64,000 nucleotides of DNA, from the NCBI RefSeq assembly GCF_964188315.1, contig NC_135662.1, positions 63,302,001 to 63,366,000 on the forward strand, written 5' to 3'. Made by a program: the position numbers and the translations under genes. The notes under the pieces were generated by a model, which did not search any database, was not told where the DNA came from, and worked only from the letters and a program-made list of their open reading frames with translations. Below, in pieces: positions 12,403-24,450 of this stretch (the first letter of the stretch is position 1; each line of letters begins with the position of its first letter). This DNA is from Podarcis muralis. Taxonomy: Eukaryota.

Positions 12403-14460
12403 GGTAGTAAGACATCAGAAAATAAGATCATTCTGCATTTCAAGTAGAAATCCTAATCCAGCCCTCCAAACCCATTTTCAAGGAGCTCTGGAGAAATGTG
12501 AAACATGGAATATATTTGAAATTTCCCTTCAGGAAGGAGGCATCAGAATGAAAAGCAGGATGCACATTCAGTGAGGAACCTCAACTTGACACCCCTTCAC
12601 TACCATTGCACACAGCAATTCTAAGCTAAGAAATATTAAGCAAAATGGAAAACCCAGTCCATTTGCAACACAGTCTTTTACTCCCAACCACGTTGCATCA
12701 CTAGTTTTGTTTTTAATCTGTTTTTTTAAAAAACGTATGCACCATTTTTCCATCAAGAGATGTGCGAGGCAGTGCATGATAATGAAACAGAACAATACAG
12801 TTTGTTCAAAAACGCAGTCCTGCTCTGTGAAATGCAGTTGGCAGAAGCACAGTGCAACCCTAGGCAGGTTCATTCTCAAGTAGGTCCCATTGTGTTCCAC
12901 AGGGCCTGCTCACTAGTAAGCATATTTAGGACTGCATTGGAAGCTGCCTTGCACCAAGTCAGACCATTAGTCTATCTAGCTTGCAACTGTCTACACAGAC
13001 TGGCAGCAGTTCTCTGGGGTTTCAGGCAAGTTTTTGGACTGCACCCTTAAGCTCTGAATTCATAACCTTTGTGGACCTCCTTGTTCATAAGCCATTGTTT
13101 GCATAATCTGCTGAGCCACCATTTCATGGCAAAAGAAAGGAAATAGTAGTAAAGGAACAAACTGCTATATATTTCCCTTCAGTTGATCCTCAAAGAAACC
13201 ATTCTGCGCAATGCAAGGCTCTCAAGAAATAAAGGATTTTCTTCGCCTTGTGCTTCCCTTTTCAGTTTGCCATGCAGTATCACATTCTGTCCCCAAAATG
13301 CATCATACTGTATGCATATGCTGATGTCAATAGAGATGTTTTCCTTGGCTGCGGTTAATGTCAGCTTGGAAAAAGAGCTCTGACAAGCAGACACAGTCTT
13401 AAATTCATAGAGAGAGACACAAATTCAGTTGTCCTTATGCAAGCTGATAGATTAAATATAGATTTGCACATAGCGATCATGTCCACTATGATGTTTTTCG
13501 GTTTGAGAGAGTTGTTGTGCTAGGAGGTTATATAACAACTAGCATGGGCCAAAATCTTGAGTTGTTGTTTTTTTAACCATCCTGTCCCTGTGGAAAAATA
13601 AAATTACTTTGATAATCCAAACTGCTCTTTAGCAATTTACAAAAACTCCTGTTGTATCCTGCAACTGTAAATTACGAAAAGCAACATCGTAAATGGAGCT
13701 CCCATGAGACTGCGTTGGACTTGGGCCTGGGAGATGAGGGCTGAAACCCATATATTGCAGCTCAAACTGGAAGCTAATCAAAAGACGACAGACATTTTTT
13801 ACCCCAGTTTGGTATGATGGTATCGTTCATACAAATATACAATACCTTTCCAGATCCTCACCACCATTGACAATTATGGCTGGTGTAGATAGACAACATA
13901 CCCTCCAATATCCCACTGATCAAAACTGGGAAGCTCATTTTTTGGTCCTGAGCTCTTGCGGGCAAACCAATATGGAACTCATTCTTCAAGTGTTATTTTT
14001 GTAGAAAAGGAGGTGCTGGAACTCTCCATGAACACCTCCCTTGTTCTCATATAATGGCGGTGGCACCCACCTGAGAGATGTCGAAACTGAGTTCCGGTGA
14101 GTTCTGGCTGAAAAAAAGAGCCCCTGGCTACAGCCTATATGGTTGTGAAGTGAACCTAGGGAGAAACCAGCCAACACAGGTTGACGACCTGGTTCATTCT
14201 ACACATGGATCGGATGCAATGATAATAGTGTGTCTTTCTGATCCCCTAAAATCTAGGGCTATGAAGAGGTCCCTTAAATGGATTTTGAAGCAGAACGAAT
14301 CACTTGTTCAAACAAAACAAAGGCAAAACTTGAGGCAGAACCTAATCACTCTGCTGGTATCCTGAAAGCCATCCTCAAGCAGTCCTCACTGTAGTGGTCA
14401 CATGAAGCCTATCACATGAAGATAACTGGCACACTTTAGAGTTAAGAGGATGAGTTGTGA

Positions 14461-14815
14461 GGGGACACGGGTGGCACTGTGGGTTAAACCACAGAGCCTA
14501 GGACTTGCCGTTCAGAAGGTCGGCGGTTCGAATCTCCGCGACGGAGGAGCTCCCGTTGCTAGGTCCCTGCTCCTGCCAACCTAGCAGTTCGAAAGCACGT
14601 CAAAGTGCAAGTAGATAAATAGGTACCGCTCCGGCGGGAAGGTAAACGGCGTTTCCGTGCGCTGCTCTGGTTTGCCAGAAGCTGCTTAGTCATGCTGGCC
14701 ACATGACCCGGAAGCTGTACGCCGGCTCCCTCAGCCAATAAAGCGAGATGAGTGCCGCAACCCCAGAGTCGGCCACGACTGGACCTAACGGTCAGGGGTC
14801 CCTTTACCTTTACCT
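14461..14815 (+). mobile_element. Sauria SINE
   Basis: tRNA-derived head GGGACACGGGTGGCACTGTGG with B-box-like GGTTCGAATC, and (ACCTTT)n tail. Near-identical to the copies at 31339, 34244 and 54070. Confidence 0.93.
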
Positions 14816-15993
14816 ATGAGCAGGAAGTCCACGCCCATGCGCTCAGTGGCCTTGGGCAGGTCCCTTTCCTTCCCTCTACCCTGCTGCGGCGGTGGCCCTA
14901 CTTACAAGGTTGCTGTAAGGAAAACTTAAATATCAAGCACTTCTGAATTCTTTGTAACACTTACAAGTTATTGTTATTAAATTAATGCCTAATGGGGGCA
15001 GGGAGACCAGTGTATTAGAGAATGGGTGCTTGTTTTGCATGTTCAGGCAACCCCCCATTTTAAGGGGCAGCGTTGAGGTCACCCCTCTTCCTGGGGCAAA
15101 TTCAGAACATCGGAAAGACATTTTGTTGCAAAAATTTCACGACAAGCTGCCATCATCTCCCGTGGGGCAAATCTAGGAGCCTCCTTGCTGCTGAAGATGT
15201 GCCAATGGACCCTGCCTCAGGTGCTGACAGCACTTCTTTAACACATCCGCGTCTCTAGCACAAGTCTCGTTCACAACAGCAGCTGCTACTGATCGAGCCG
15301 CTTGCTAGTTAGAAGTCTCTCCCTCCCTCTCTCTTGGCTAAAAGGCTTTTGGAGGCTTCATAGACTGGTTTCCTATATGGAGAGATGTGGACCGTTTGCT
15401 AGTATGCAGTGCACATTCAAGATGCCTTGATCTCAGGATAAGGATCTCAGGTAAGACAAAACTGGAAGTGAAAGACGTCTTGTCATCTGGCAGGCCCTTC
15501 CTTTCAACATTACGGATTAGATGGGGCTTGAATTTATTCGCTGCCTTTCCACAAAGGGAATCATGTTCAAGGTGGCTCACAAGGTAAACAAGGGGCAATA
15601 AAAGCAATTTTTAAAAAGCAGTAAGCATGTATGTATATCAGCAATATACATAAAAATCAAATAATTTATTAAAATAAATAATCATTAAACAAAAATGTTG
15701 TTCTAGAACGGCAGGTCCTTAGGAACCTCAATGATTCTGTCAGTTCAAGCAAAAACTGCAGTCTTTTTCACACACACACCCCAGTTTGAAGTCCACATGA
15801 AAGTGAGCAACAGCAATATCTCTGTGTTTAATTGTATGGAGGTTGAGGCTGCAATCACACACAGACTTAACCTAACACAAGCCTCATCCACAATGAAAAG
15901 CTTGAGTAAATATGCAGAGGGGAACAACCACAACATTGTTTTTAAAGCGTGGAGGTTTGTTGGCTGGAGAGCAGAAGCGAGAGATGCAAATTA

Positions 15994-16240
15994 CAGTGGT
16001 TCCTTGCAAGACGAAATTAATCCGTTCCGCGAGTCTCTTCGTCTTGCGGTTTTTTCGTCTTGCGAAGCACGGCTATTAGCGGCTTAGCGGCTATTAACGG
16101 CTTAGCGGCTTAAAGAAAAAGGAAACAAACTTGCAAGCCCATAGGGACATTCGTCTTGCGGAACGACTCAAAAAACGGAAAACCCTTTTGTCTAGCGAGC
16201 TTTTCGTCTTGCAAGGCATTCGTCTTGCGGGGCACCACTG
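15994..16240. mobile_element. Tc1/mariner (Tigger-like) MITE
   Basis: CAGTGGTTCCTTGCAAGACGAA / TTCGTCTTGCGGGGCACCACTG ends, TA flanks, and repeated TTCGTCTTGC subterminal motifs. Confidence 0.85.
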
Positions 16241-17749
16241 TATTCTGGGTGGGCATTATAAACATTGGGACTGTGGAAAAAATAAATTAATAATAACAAA
16301 TAAAAGGGAGGATGGAATGGGGCTGTGTGCATCCAACTGCTACGGGCCCTTTATTAAGCTGATTTCTAGCCCCTTCTGTGCAAACTTGAATTCACCTTTA
16401 ACTATAGTAATAGAGATTAAATATGGTACAAATTCAGTGTGAACATGGGAGAATCAGCCTGGGCTATAATGTCTGGAAGTCGGCACCAGCTGTTAATTAC
16501 ATTTTTATTCCCCACTTCCATCTTATCCTGTGAGGTGGGTTAGGCTGAGAGTGTACTATTCATGCTCTTTCCCACTGCCAAATCCAGCATTTTATTTATA
16601 TATCTGGTTGCTTTGGCTCCCTGCAAAGACTGAAATGCTGGTTATAAATCACTACTAAGATGCTTTTTAGGAATCTCTGATCCAGAAATAACTTGCATTC
16701 TCCATGCACACCTCTCTGTGGAAAATACAACACAGAGTAGAATGCACAATCACAGCAAGATAAAATGAAGATTTCCTTCTATAGGGGGACTTGAACTCAT
16801 CCCAATGCCAAAGGTTCAAGGGTTGTATTAGCAACAGGAAAAAGATTTGCCCTAATGTATTAGTTTCGAGAGACTTTCCTTTCATATGCCATCCAACTTT
16901 GTATTCTTGATTTATAATTAAATCTCCAATACCCAGTGCAAACCGAAAGCGCATGCAGGCAATATCTAGCTGCATTGTTTAGCTTTGGCCTTAATTGGCG
17001 AAGGCTTCTGCAATGTTTGAGACTCAAAGCTACATTGACAAAAAATTATGGTACAGCTAACAGCAAGATGACACACTCAAAAATTCGCTGGCAAGCAAGG
17101 CTCATTTTAACAGATCCTACAGTGACATCCATAAAGCTGTCAGGCTTTCTCCGAAGGACAGTCATATCCGCTTCATGTTTCATGCGCCAAATTAATTGTT
17201 TCTGACGTTTAATTTATAACCTAAGGTACTTTCAAGTTAAAACTTGACTATGATAACAGTAGATTAGAGTTGCGCTCTGTTTGACAGAATAGATATTTCA
17301 AGTTCTTTCCACTGAGACTGAGGGTCCTGACATGGGTGTGTGTTGCACGCGCATGAACCCATATAGCAAGCATGCTCACAGAACACGGATCCCTCTAAGC
17401 AAAGTGGAACTGCACCATCGCCCTCCCTCTCCGAGGCATGTTGCCATCGCCATGCTTTAATCATGAAGCTCCATCTACTGGAACAAAGGAGAAATGCACA
17501 CCAGAAAAAGCTCAGGTGCATGCCTGCATTGTTTTGCAGTCCAAAGAGAGCATGCTTTTAACATGAATAGGTGGAAGTCCAAGAAATAAGTCGTCTACAT
17601 TGCAATATACATCATGATGAGCAAAATGTCAAATGCACTATTTCCTGGGGGACTGCATGATACTGACATGACAAGCAGGATTATTCACAAAAGATAGCTA
17701 CATGGCAGTCAGTGGAGAATTTGATGCTGACTTCAGGAGCACTGGCATT

Positions 17750-17843
17750 TAGATACAGATAGATATAGATATATAGATATATAGATATATAGATATAGAT
17801 GATATAGAGATAGAGATAGATGAGATAGATATCGATATAGATA
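17750..17843. repeat. Compound (ATAG)/(ATATAG) microsatellite
   Basis: Directly visible imperfect tandem repeat. Confidence 0.9.
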
Positions 17844-18748
17844 TTTCCACTTATAAAGATTTCCTATCTAAACAGCAAAAAAAAAAAAAAGTCCCTAGAA
17901 ATATTAGGCGTATTTAAATGACTAATCAGCAGGTCTGTTAGATGCTAAGCTCCAAATATTTTTGAAATTCAAAAGAAAGATCTGCTACACAATATATTAT
18001 CATGTTTTGATGGTGGCAGAATAGCACGAAATTGTGCTGGACTGCAATGTTCTTTTGGCATTTGGTACCAGAATATGGGGTCATGGGGCATTCATGTAAA
18101 AACTCACATTATCAGTCAAGGCTGCAAAAGAATTTGGTTAAACTGGATTGCACATGGTTTCTGTGTACTTCAATTATTATGATGATGATAAATGATAATA
18201 ATAATAATAATTTATTCCCCATAAGGTTCTAGGGTGTATTACAGTGTAAAAATAGTGTTAAAATCAGCTAAAATAATTTATATTAACAAACCTACAATAT
18301 AACCAATAGCTCATCATGTCTTTTTGGAAGACAAGTTGGGATTATTGCATCTGAACAGGGTCAGCACTCACTCCTTGACCTAGGTGGAATCTACACACAT
18401 ATAAAAAACGCTGTGAAAATGCTTTTTTAAAAAAACATTTTGAAAAATAAATTGAATTTTGCATAGCTCACTGTCGCCATCTAGTTTCACATTTGTGTAT
18501 TGCATTTTACAACACATTTAAAACATTTTATTTGCAGCTGTGTAGCTGAGTCCCTAGTTCACATCATCACAGTAAACCCTAGCCCAAGTGAGAGCAACAA
18601 GCCACAATCACTGGCCTAGTGTTACATCTGAACCAGGGATGTTTTGCTCAAGCAAACCCCAATTGATATTGAGCAATTGAACAATGAATAAACCTTGGCT
18701 TCACATTGTAGTCTGTTTGGATCAAAAAGGACATTTCCAAGGGAGAAG

Positions 18749-18899
18749 CATAGGCGTAGTTGGTATTTATGTTAGGAGGGCAGGATTTATGTTGGGTGGG
18801 GGGGCAGAACTGAGCTATTTGTGAGGCGATTGGTCAGTTGGTATTTTTTCTTTTTACTTACTTGGTGAGGGGGCAGCTGCCTCCCTGGCTACACCCATG
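18749..18899. mobile_element. Degenerate hAT MITE
   Basis: Ends CATAGGCGTAG / CTACACCCATG. No matching TSD seen. Confidence 0.4.
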
Positions 18900-18996
18900 G
18901 TCCAGAGGGTATGCAAATTTAATAAAACAGAACAAACCACTCCGTGATCCTCGGATGGAGGTATAGAAATTTAACAAACAAACAATAAACAGTCTA

Positions 18997-20501
18997 CAAG
19001 TTGAAGAATCATTAATACACATGTGGTGGCTATGCAAGCTTGCAAAGAAATTTTGGGGAATGGTTTACAAGGAATTTTTTAAAAAGAAGTTTATTTTTTT
19101 TTTTTAAATAATTTTTATTGGTTTTCCAAACATATATTATACACAAACAACAAAACAAAACAAAACATACACACAAATAAACATGTATAATTTCATAAAC
19201 TCATTTTCCTTCACCTTATTTCCCGGACTTCCCCATACTTCCCTTTTTCTGCATCCTTATTTTTCCCTTATATCAGCAACCCTTCATTTAATTAATTAAT
19301 TCATCTTCATTGTAATTCCCTTAAATTTGTGGTATACAGCTGCAATTCTCTGTTTCTTAACACCATAGCATCTCAGCACTCCTCAATATTACAACATTTT
19401 TTAAGATATATTTTAAATTTCTTCCAGTCTTCTTCCACTGTCTCACTCCCCTGGTCTCGGATTCTGCCGGTCATTTCTGCCATTCCCATGTAGTCAATCA
19501 CCTTCGCTTGCCATTCTTCCAGAGTAGGTAGCTGCTGCGTCTTCCAATACTTTGCCAGGAGAATTCTTGCTGCTGTGGTAGCATACATAAAGAAAGTTCT
19601 GTCCTTCCTTGGCACCAATTGGCCCACCATGCCCAGAAGAAACGCCTCTGGTTTTTTAGAAAATGTCCATTTAAGGACCTTTTTGATTTCATTATAGATC
19701 ATTTCCCAGTAGGCTTTAATCTTCGGGCAGGTCCACCAAAGATGATAGAAAGTACCCTCAGTCTCATTACATTTCCAACATTTGTTATTGGGCAAATGGT
19801 AAATTTTTGCAAGTTTGACTGGGGTCATGTACCATCTATAGATCATTTTCATTATGTTTTCTCTTAAAGCATTACAAGCCGTAAATCTCACACCAGTGTT
19901 CCATAACCTTTCCCAGTCATCAAACATAATATCATGACCTATATCTTGTGCCCATTTGATCATGACCGATTTTACTGTTTCATCTTGTGTATTCCATTTC
20001 AGCAGCAGATTGTACATTCTTGACAAGTTCTTAGTATTGGGTTCTAACAGTTCTGTTTCTAGTTTCGACCTCTCCTTCTGAAAACCTATTTTCCTGTCTT
20101 GTTTAAATACCTCATTTATCTGAAGGTAGTGCAACCAATCTCGTACTTTAGACCTTAATTTATCATAACTCTGTAATTTGACCCTTTCACCATCTTGCTC
20201 CAAAATTTCACAATATTTTGGCCATTTAGACTCCATATTAAAAAGAAGTTTAGATTCACCTTCCATAAGATGCTAGAAGCCTTCCTATTAGCAAAAATAG
20301 GGAAGATTCCAAAGAAAGTTGAAAATCTCTTCCTTTATGCAACAGCGGCCACAAAGAGTAGCCTATGCAAAGTATTGGAAGGAGGAGGCAACTCTGACCA
20401 AAGAACAATGGTTGCATAAACTAATAGAATTTGCAGAACTGGTAAGCTTAACGGCCAAAATAAGAAATTGGGCAAAAAATAAGGAGCGGGAGAGTATTTA
20501 A
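18997..20501 (+). mobile_element. Older L1 ORF2 C-terminal fragment, split by a younger L1 (parts 18997-19093 and 20239-20501)
   Basis: Joined across the TSD it reads QVEESLIHMWWLCKLAKKFWGMVYKEFFKKKFRFTFHKMLEAFLL...LFLYATAA, then RVAYAKYWK...W. This is homologous to the HLWWTCP...YATTAARILLAKYWK region of the inserted L1. Confidence 0.8.
19094..20238 (-). mobile_element. L1-clade LINE 3' fragment with intact ORF2 C-terminus
   Basis: ORF 19373-20266(-) with CWKC...HLWWTC zinc-knuckle motif. Poly-A tail (poly-T at about 19094-19105). Perfect 14-bp TSD TAAAAAGAAGTTTA (19080-93, 20239-52). Confidence 0.95.
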
Positions 20502-20879
20502 GAAGAGACGGTATCATGATTCATTTCCAGGCGGGATGAACTTGACTACTTACTAGCAGTGGACAAGACAAATGAATAGAGAGGAAGGGCTGGAAATTTA
20601 TTTGGGGATGCAGCGATCCAAAGAATATGAAACAGAATGTCAGTGAAAGAGAAGATTGGGGCAGTCTACTCACTGACCGGGCACGTAAATCCATGCCTAT
20701 AAATGTGTGCAACTTTAAAAACGAAAACAAGCAAGCAATCTTCTGAGGACGAGGAGGAGAAAGGTCTTATGGCATAATCCAGCCCCTTCGTGCATCTCCT
20801 TCCATTGCAGGAGATCGGGCAGCCTCTCGCTGGAGAGATGCAGGCTGCGTTTGCACACGCGACTGCGATAGATCCTGCT

Positions 20880-21400
20880 TGGAACCCTTGCAGGCTGGGC
20901 TATCAAGGGGCGCGCGCGTGCCCTCTCGCGCATGCGCGCCAACGCGCCCGCCACCTTGCCCACGTCAGTCCTCCCCAGGCGTCTTCTCCGATTCGGCCGG
21001 GAAGGGAGACACGCCTCGCGAGGGGCGGGACTAAACAAGCCTCCCCCAATCGCGGTGCAGGCCGCTCGGCTGAGAGCGCCCCGCCCCCTTCTTCTTCCCT
21101 TTCGCCGAAAGATGGCGGCCGCCGTCGTGGGGCCTGGCCCGGCCGCCGAGGAGCTGAGCCTGCTGGAGAAGTCCCTGGGATTGAAGAAGGGGAACAAGTA
21201 CAGCGGGCAAGGAGAGCGGAAGGTGAAGAGGGACCGGGGGTGCCGGGGAGGGAAAAGGGGGCTGGCGGTTAATGGAGGGAGGGAGGGAGGAGCTGGCTGC
21301 CTTCGCCAGGCAGACCGACCGACCGACGCGCGTTTGAATGGAGATTCTCCTCAGAACTGGCTTGGAAGGGGGATTCCCAAGGCTCATCTAGTCCAGCCCC
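20880..21400 (+). promoter_or_regulatory. CpG-island promoter of EEF1E1
   Basis: High CpG density. NRF1 motif GCGCATGCGC at 20928-37, GC box GGGGCGGG near 21022, CCAAT near 21046, and a YY1-type AAGATGGCGGC overlapping the start codon. Confidence 0.85.
21112..21222 (+). CDS. EEF1E1: EEF1E1 (AIMP3/p18) coding exon 1
   Basis: MAAAVVGPGPAAEELSLLEKSLGLKKGNKYSGQGERK, followed by GT donor at 21223. Matches the vertebrate EEF1E1 N-terminus. Confidence 0.97.
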
Positions 21401-21607
21401 CTCTGACAGATGGTACTATGAACTGGGCCGGTGCCAGGATGTTTTGCAGCTCTCTAGGCAAAGCTAACTGCTTGCACAAAATAATTGCTAACTTCGCAGG
21501 TGTCTCGTGGGGGGGGGGGGGACGACCCGAAAAGTATAACGCTTGAAACCGCTAAATTAGCAAGAATAAATAACCCGACGAGATATATACACACACACAC
21601 ATATATA

Positions 21608-22013
21608 TTTTTTTATTTTTATTTTTAATTTTATTTTATTTTTATTTATTTTCCATTTAATAATATAAATTCACATCATTCTTATCCACTTTACCTCCCT
21701 GGCTCTTTAAATCTTATTGACTTCCTTCCCTCCCGGCTCATGGCTTTCAAAATTAACCTTTACTGTATATATCATTGCAATTTGCACGTTTTCCAATTCT
21801 AATTACACTCATTACAAAATGGCTCAAATTTTAAATAAATATAGAAAGGTAGAACATTTCTCATTACAAGTCTTCAGGCAATCCTGCTGATGATGTTAAT
21901 TGCTTACAATAATCTTTCAGATATCGTATAAATTTACTCCAGTCCTTTTGGGAATACTTGATCATGCTGATTTCGGATTTTTCCGGTCAGCTTTGCCTGT
22001 TCTGCAAAGTTAA
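21608..22013 (-). mobile_element. L1 3' end fragment in EEF1E1 intron 1
   Basis: Poly-A-like tail (T-rich on +). Reverse strand reads FAEQAKLTGKIRNQ, like the ORF2 end of the other L1 copies. Confidence 0.7.
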
Positions 22014-22845
22014 CCTGACAATATTTGATTGCCTTTCTCAAATGCGAAAGAAAACGCTAAGGCACACAAATCCTTTTGAATAATCTGTGAGCCTCTAAGG
22101 TCCCTCTGGGGGCTGCGCCCCAGCTAGTCTCATGATAACACAGGCGCTGTTTATTAGCAGTTTATTTTGGGGCTGCGATTTTCACTCACCTCACTGAGCG
22201 TGATGGGACTTGCTTTCTGCCCGGATGTGCATGAGGTTGCGCTGGAAATGTTGTCAGAGGCTCTGCCCGCTCTCCCGTTGCCATTCATTTTAAATAAAAA
22301 CTAATCTACACAATCTTAAATCTATGCATGAGCACCAATGGATGACTTCTCATGCACCTTACTCTTAACTGCTTCCTTCTCTTCACTGGGGCATAAAAAA
22401 ACAACAACATATGTTTCTGTTGTATGGCTAGGCCTTAAGAAAACGTCTCAGCTTCTGATGTTACAACTTTGGAAATGAAACATTGGTTTTGGGCTGTGTC
22501 TGTGGATTGATTCTCCCCAGGTTGGCTTCTTTGGAAAAGGGAGTGAACGGGTGTGGGTTATTGATACACATTCATCAGAACTGAGTACTGCAGTTAACAA
22601 TTCCATTGAAGGGGGTGTGTTTTAAATGTCAGAACACTCTTCTTATATTGGATAAAATGTGGTCTTTTGTGAACCCTTCTCCAAAATATGTTAGGTTGTT
22701 TTTAATAGATTATTTCAAACTTTCATGTGCATACTGAAATGGTCCTTTCCGGGCAACCCTTAACCATGTGGTGGTGCTGGATGTATATGAACTTGAACAT
22801 GGTTCTTGCTGATAACCCATGGATGCTCCTAAAACTATAATAAGT

Positions 22846-23092
22846 AACAATAATAATTTTATTATTTATACACTGCCCATCTGGCTGGGTTTCCCCAGCC
22901 ACTCTGGGTGGCTCCCAACAGAATATTAAAAACACGATAAAACATCAAACATTAAAAACTTCCCTAAACAGGGCTGCCTTCAGAAGTCTTCTAAAAGTCA
23001 GATACAGTAGTTGTTTATTTCCTTGACATCTGATGGGAGGGCGTTCCACAGGGCAGGTGCCACTACCAAGAAGGCTCTCTGCCTGGTTCCCT
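22846..23092 (-). mobile_element. L2 LINE 3' end fragment in EEF1E1 intron 1
   Basis: (AAT)n tail and GCCCATCTGGCTGGGTTTCCCCAGCCACTCTGGG 3' UTR, nearly identical to the L2 at 26849. Confidence 0.88.
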
Positions 23093-23483
23093 ATTACTTA
23101 TTTTGTAGGGAATCAATAGCTGAAATACTCCATATTGGACCCACTTGTATTTGAAATATTATGAAGCAAGGCTTTGGTTCCCCTTGGTGTTATTTCTCTG
23201 TTCAGTTTTTCAGCTTTCTTTGTGTGGGTGTGTTCTGCTCAAAATCATAAAAACAAAAACCATGTGTAGAGCCTTATAAAACTGCATTTCTTCCTGTAAT
23301 CACTTGAGTCTAGTCTTAATTCATTTATTTTTAAATGGGATTAATCTCCAAGAAATTGGATTTTTATTTCACACAAGGTAGCTTTTCTTTTATAAAATGG
23401 AGTTTGACAAGATGCCTTGCAGCAGAAGTTCAGATATTGTTCTACATCTGAATAACTGAATTGGCTTGAATTCCTTCTCTTAG

Positions 23484-23684
23484 ACTCCTGTACTACAGAT
23501 GAACAATGGCCCCAGTCTGACAGGACTGACAACTATAGCCATCCATCTAGTCAAACAAGCAAAGAAGGAACAGCTGCTTGGGAGCACCACAGAAGAGAAA
23601 GCAATAGTTCAGCAGTGGTTAGAATACAGAGTAACGCAAGTAGATAAGCAGTCCAGTAAAGAAGATATTCGACTAATTTTGAAG
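23484..23684 (+). CDS. EEF1E1: EEF1E1 coding exon 2
   Basis: TAG acceptor and GTAAGA donor, 201 nt: TPVLQMNNGPSLTGLTTIAIHLVKQAKKEQLLGSTTEEKAIVQQWLEYRVTQVDKQSSKEDIRLILK. Confidence 0.98.
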
Positions 23685-24354
23685 GTAAGACTAACTATTT
23701 CTCACACTGAAAGTTTGGATCTCAAGGTAGCATAATTGCTGGGCTGTTTCCAATTAAGTTTTACTCAGAGTAGACCCACTGAAATTAGCAGTGTGCTTTT
23801 TTTTTTTTTTTTTTTTTGGCAATATGAACTGAATTTAACAAGTGGCAGTTCATATATAATATCTCTTAAGGTATTCATGCCGCCTTCCCGCTGTCCCCCG
23901 ACCTGGTCTGAAGGCTGGCGGCAGGGAGAAGCGCGCTTCTCCCCGCCGCCAGCTGCACAAGCTCCGGGGACAGTGGGGAGGCGCAGCGCGCCTTCCCGCT
24001 TTCCCCCGACCTGGTCTGAAGAGAGACATTTCGGGGGGGGGGGATAATTTATTCCCCCCCCCCCCCAAAAAAATACATTATTCCTATATATTATAAGGAA
24101 CTGTTGGGAGAGGAATGGAACAACAATTTTCACTCTGTAATTTCAGTCCCAATCTGCTTTAGCACCCTGAGTCAGCACTGAGCAGAGTGGAAGAACTGGT
24201 TGAGGAATTGGGAGGCTTGCCCAGACTGCATATTCAATTACTCTGTAGTGATTGTGCATACATATAAGCCTATCAGTCGTGGTGTCAGTATGTGGAAGAG
24301 TGTATTTTAAGTATTACTTTTTTTCTGAAGTGCATTCATTTTGTTTCTTTCTAG

Positions 24355-24450
24355 GACCTGAATTCATACCTTGAAGACAAAGTCTATATTACAGGACACA
24401 ATTTTACTTTAGCAGATATTTTACTGTACTATGGACTGCACCACATCATA
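24355..24450 (+). CDS. EEF1E1: EEF1E1 coding exon 3
   Basis: TAG acceptor and GTGAGT donor, 96 nt: DLNSYLEDKVYITGHNFTLADILLYYGLHHII. Confidence 0.98.

Noticed and set aside
14461-14560. tRNA-like A/B boxes
   Set aside because: They belong to SINE heads, with no cloverleaf tRNA gene.
1-20700. Protein-coding gene upstream of EEF1E1 (e.g. SLC35B3)
   Set aside because: No recognisable coding exons. All long ORFs here are TE-derived.
20715-21387. Long overlapping ORFs around the EEF1E1 promoter (20715-21197 -, 20790-21272 +, 21031-21387 -)
   Set aside because: Low-complexity Arg/Pro/Ala/Gly frames are expected in a GC-rich CpG island, and none has a recognisable domain.
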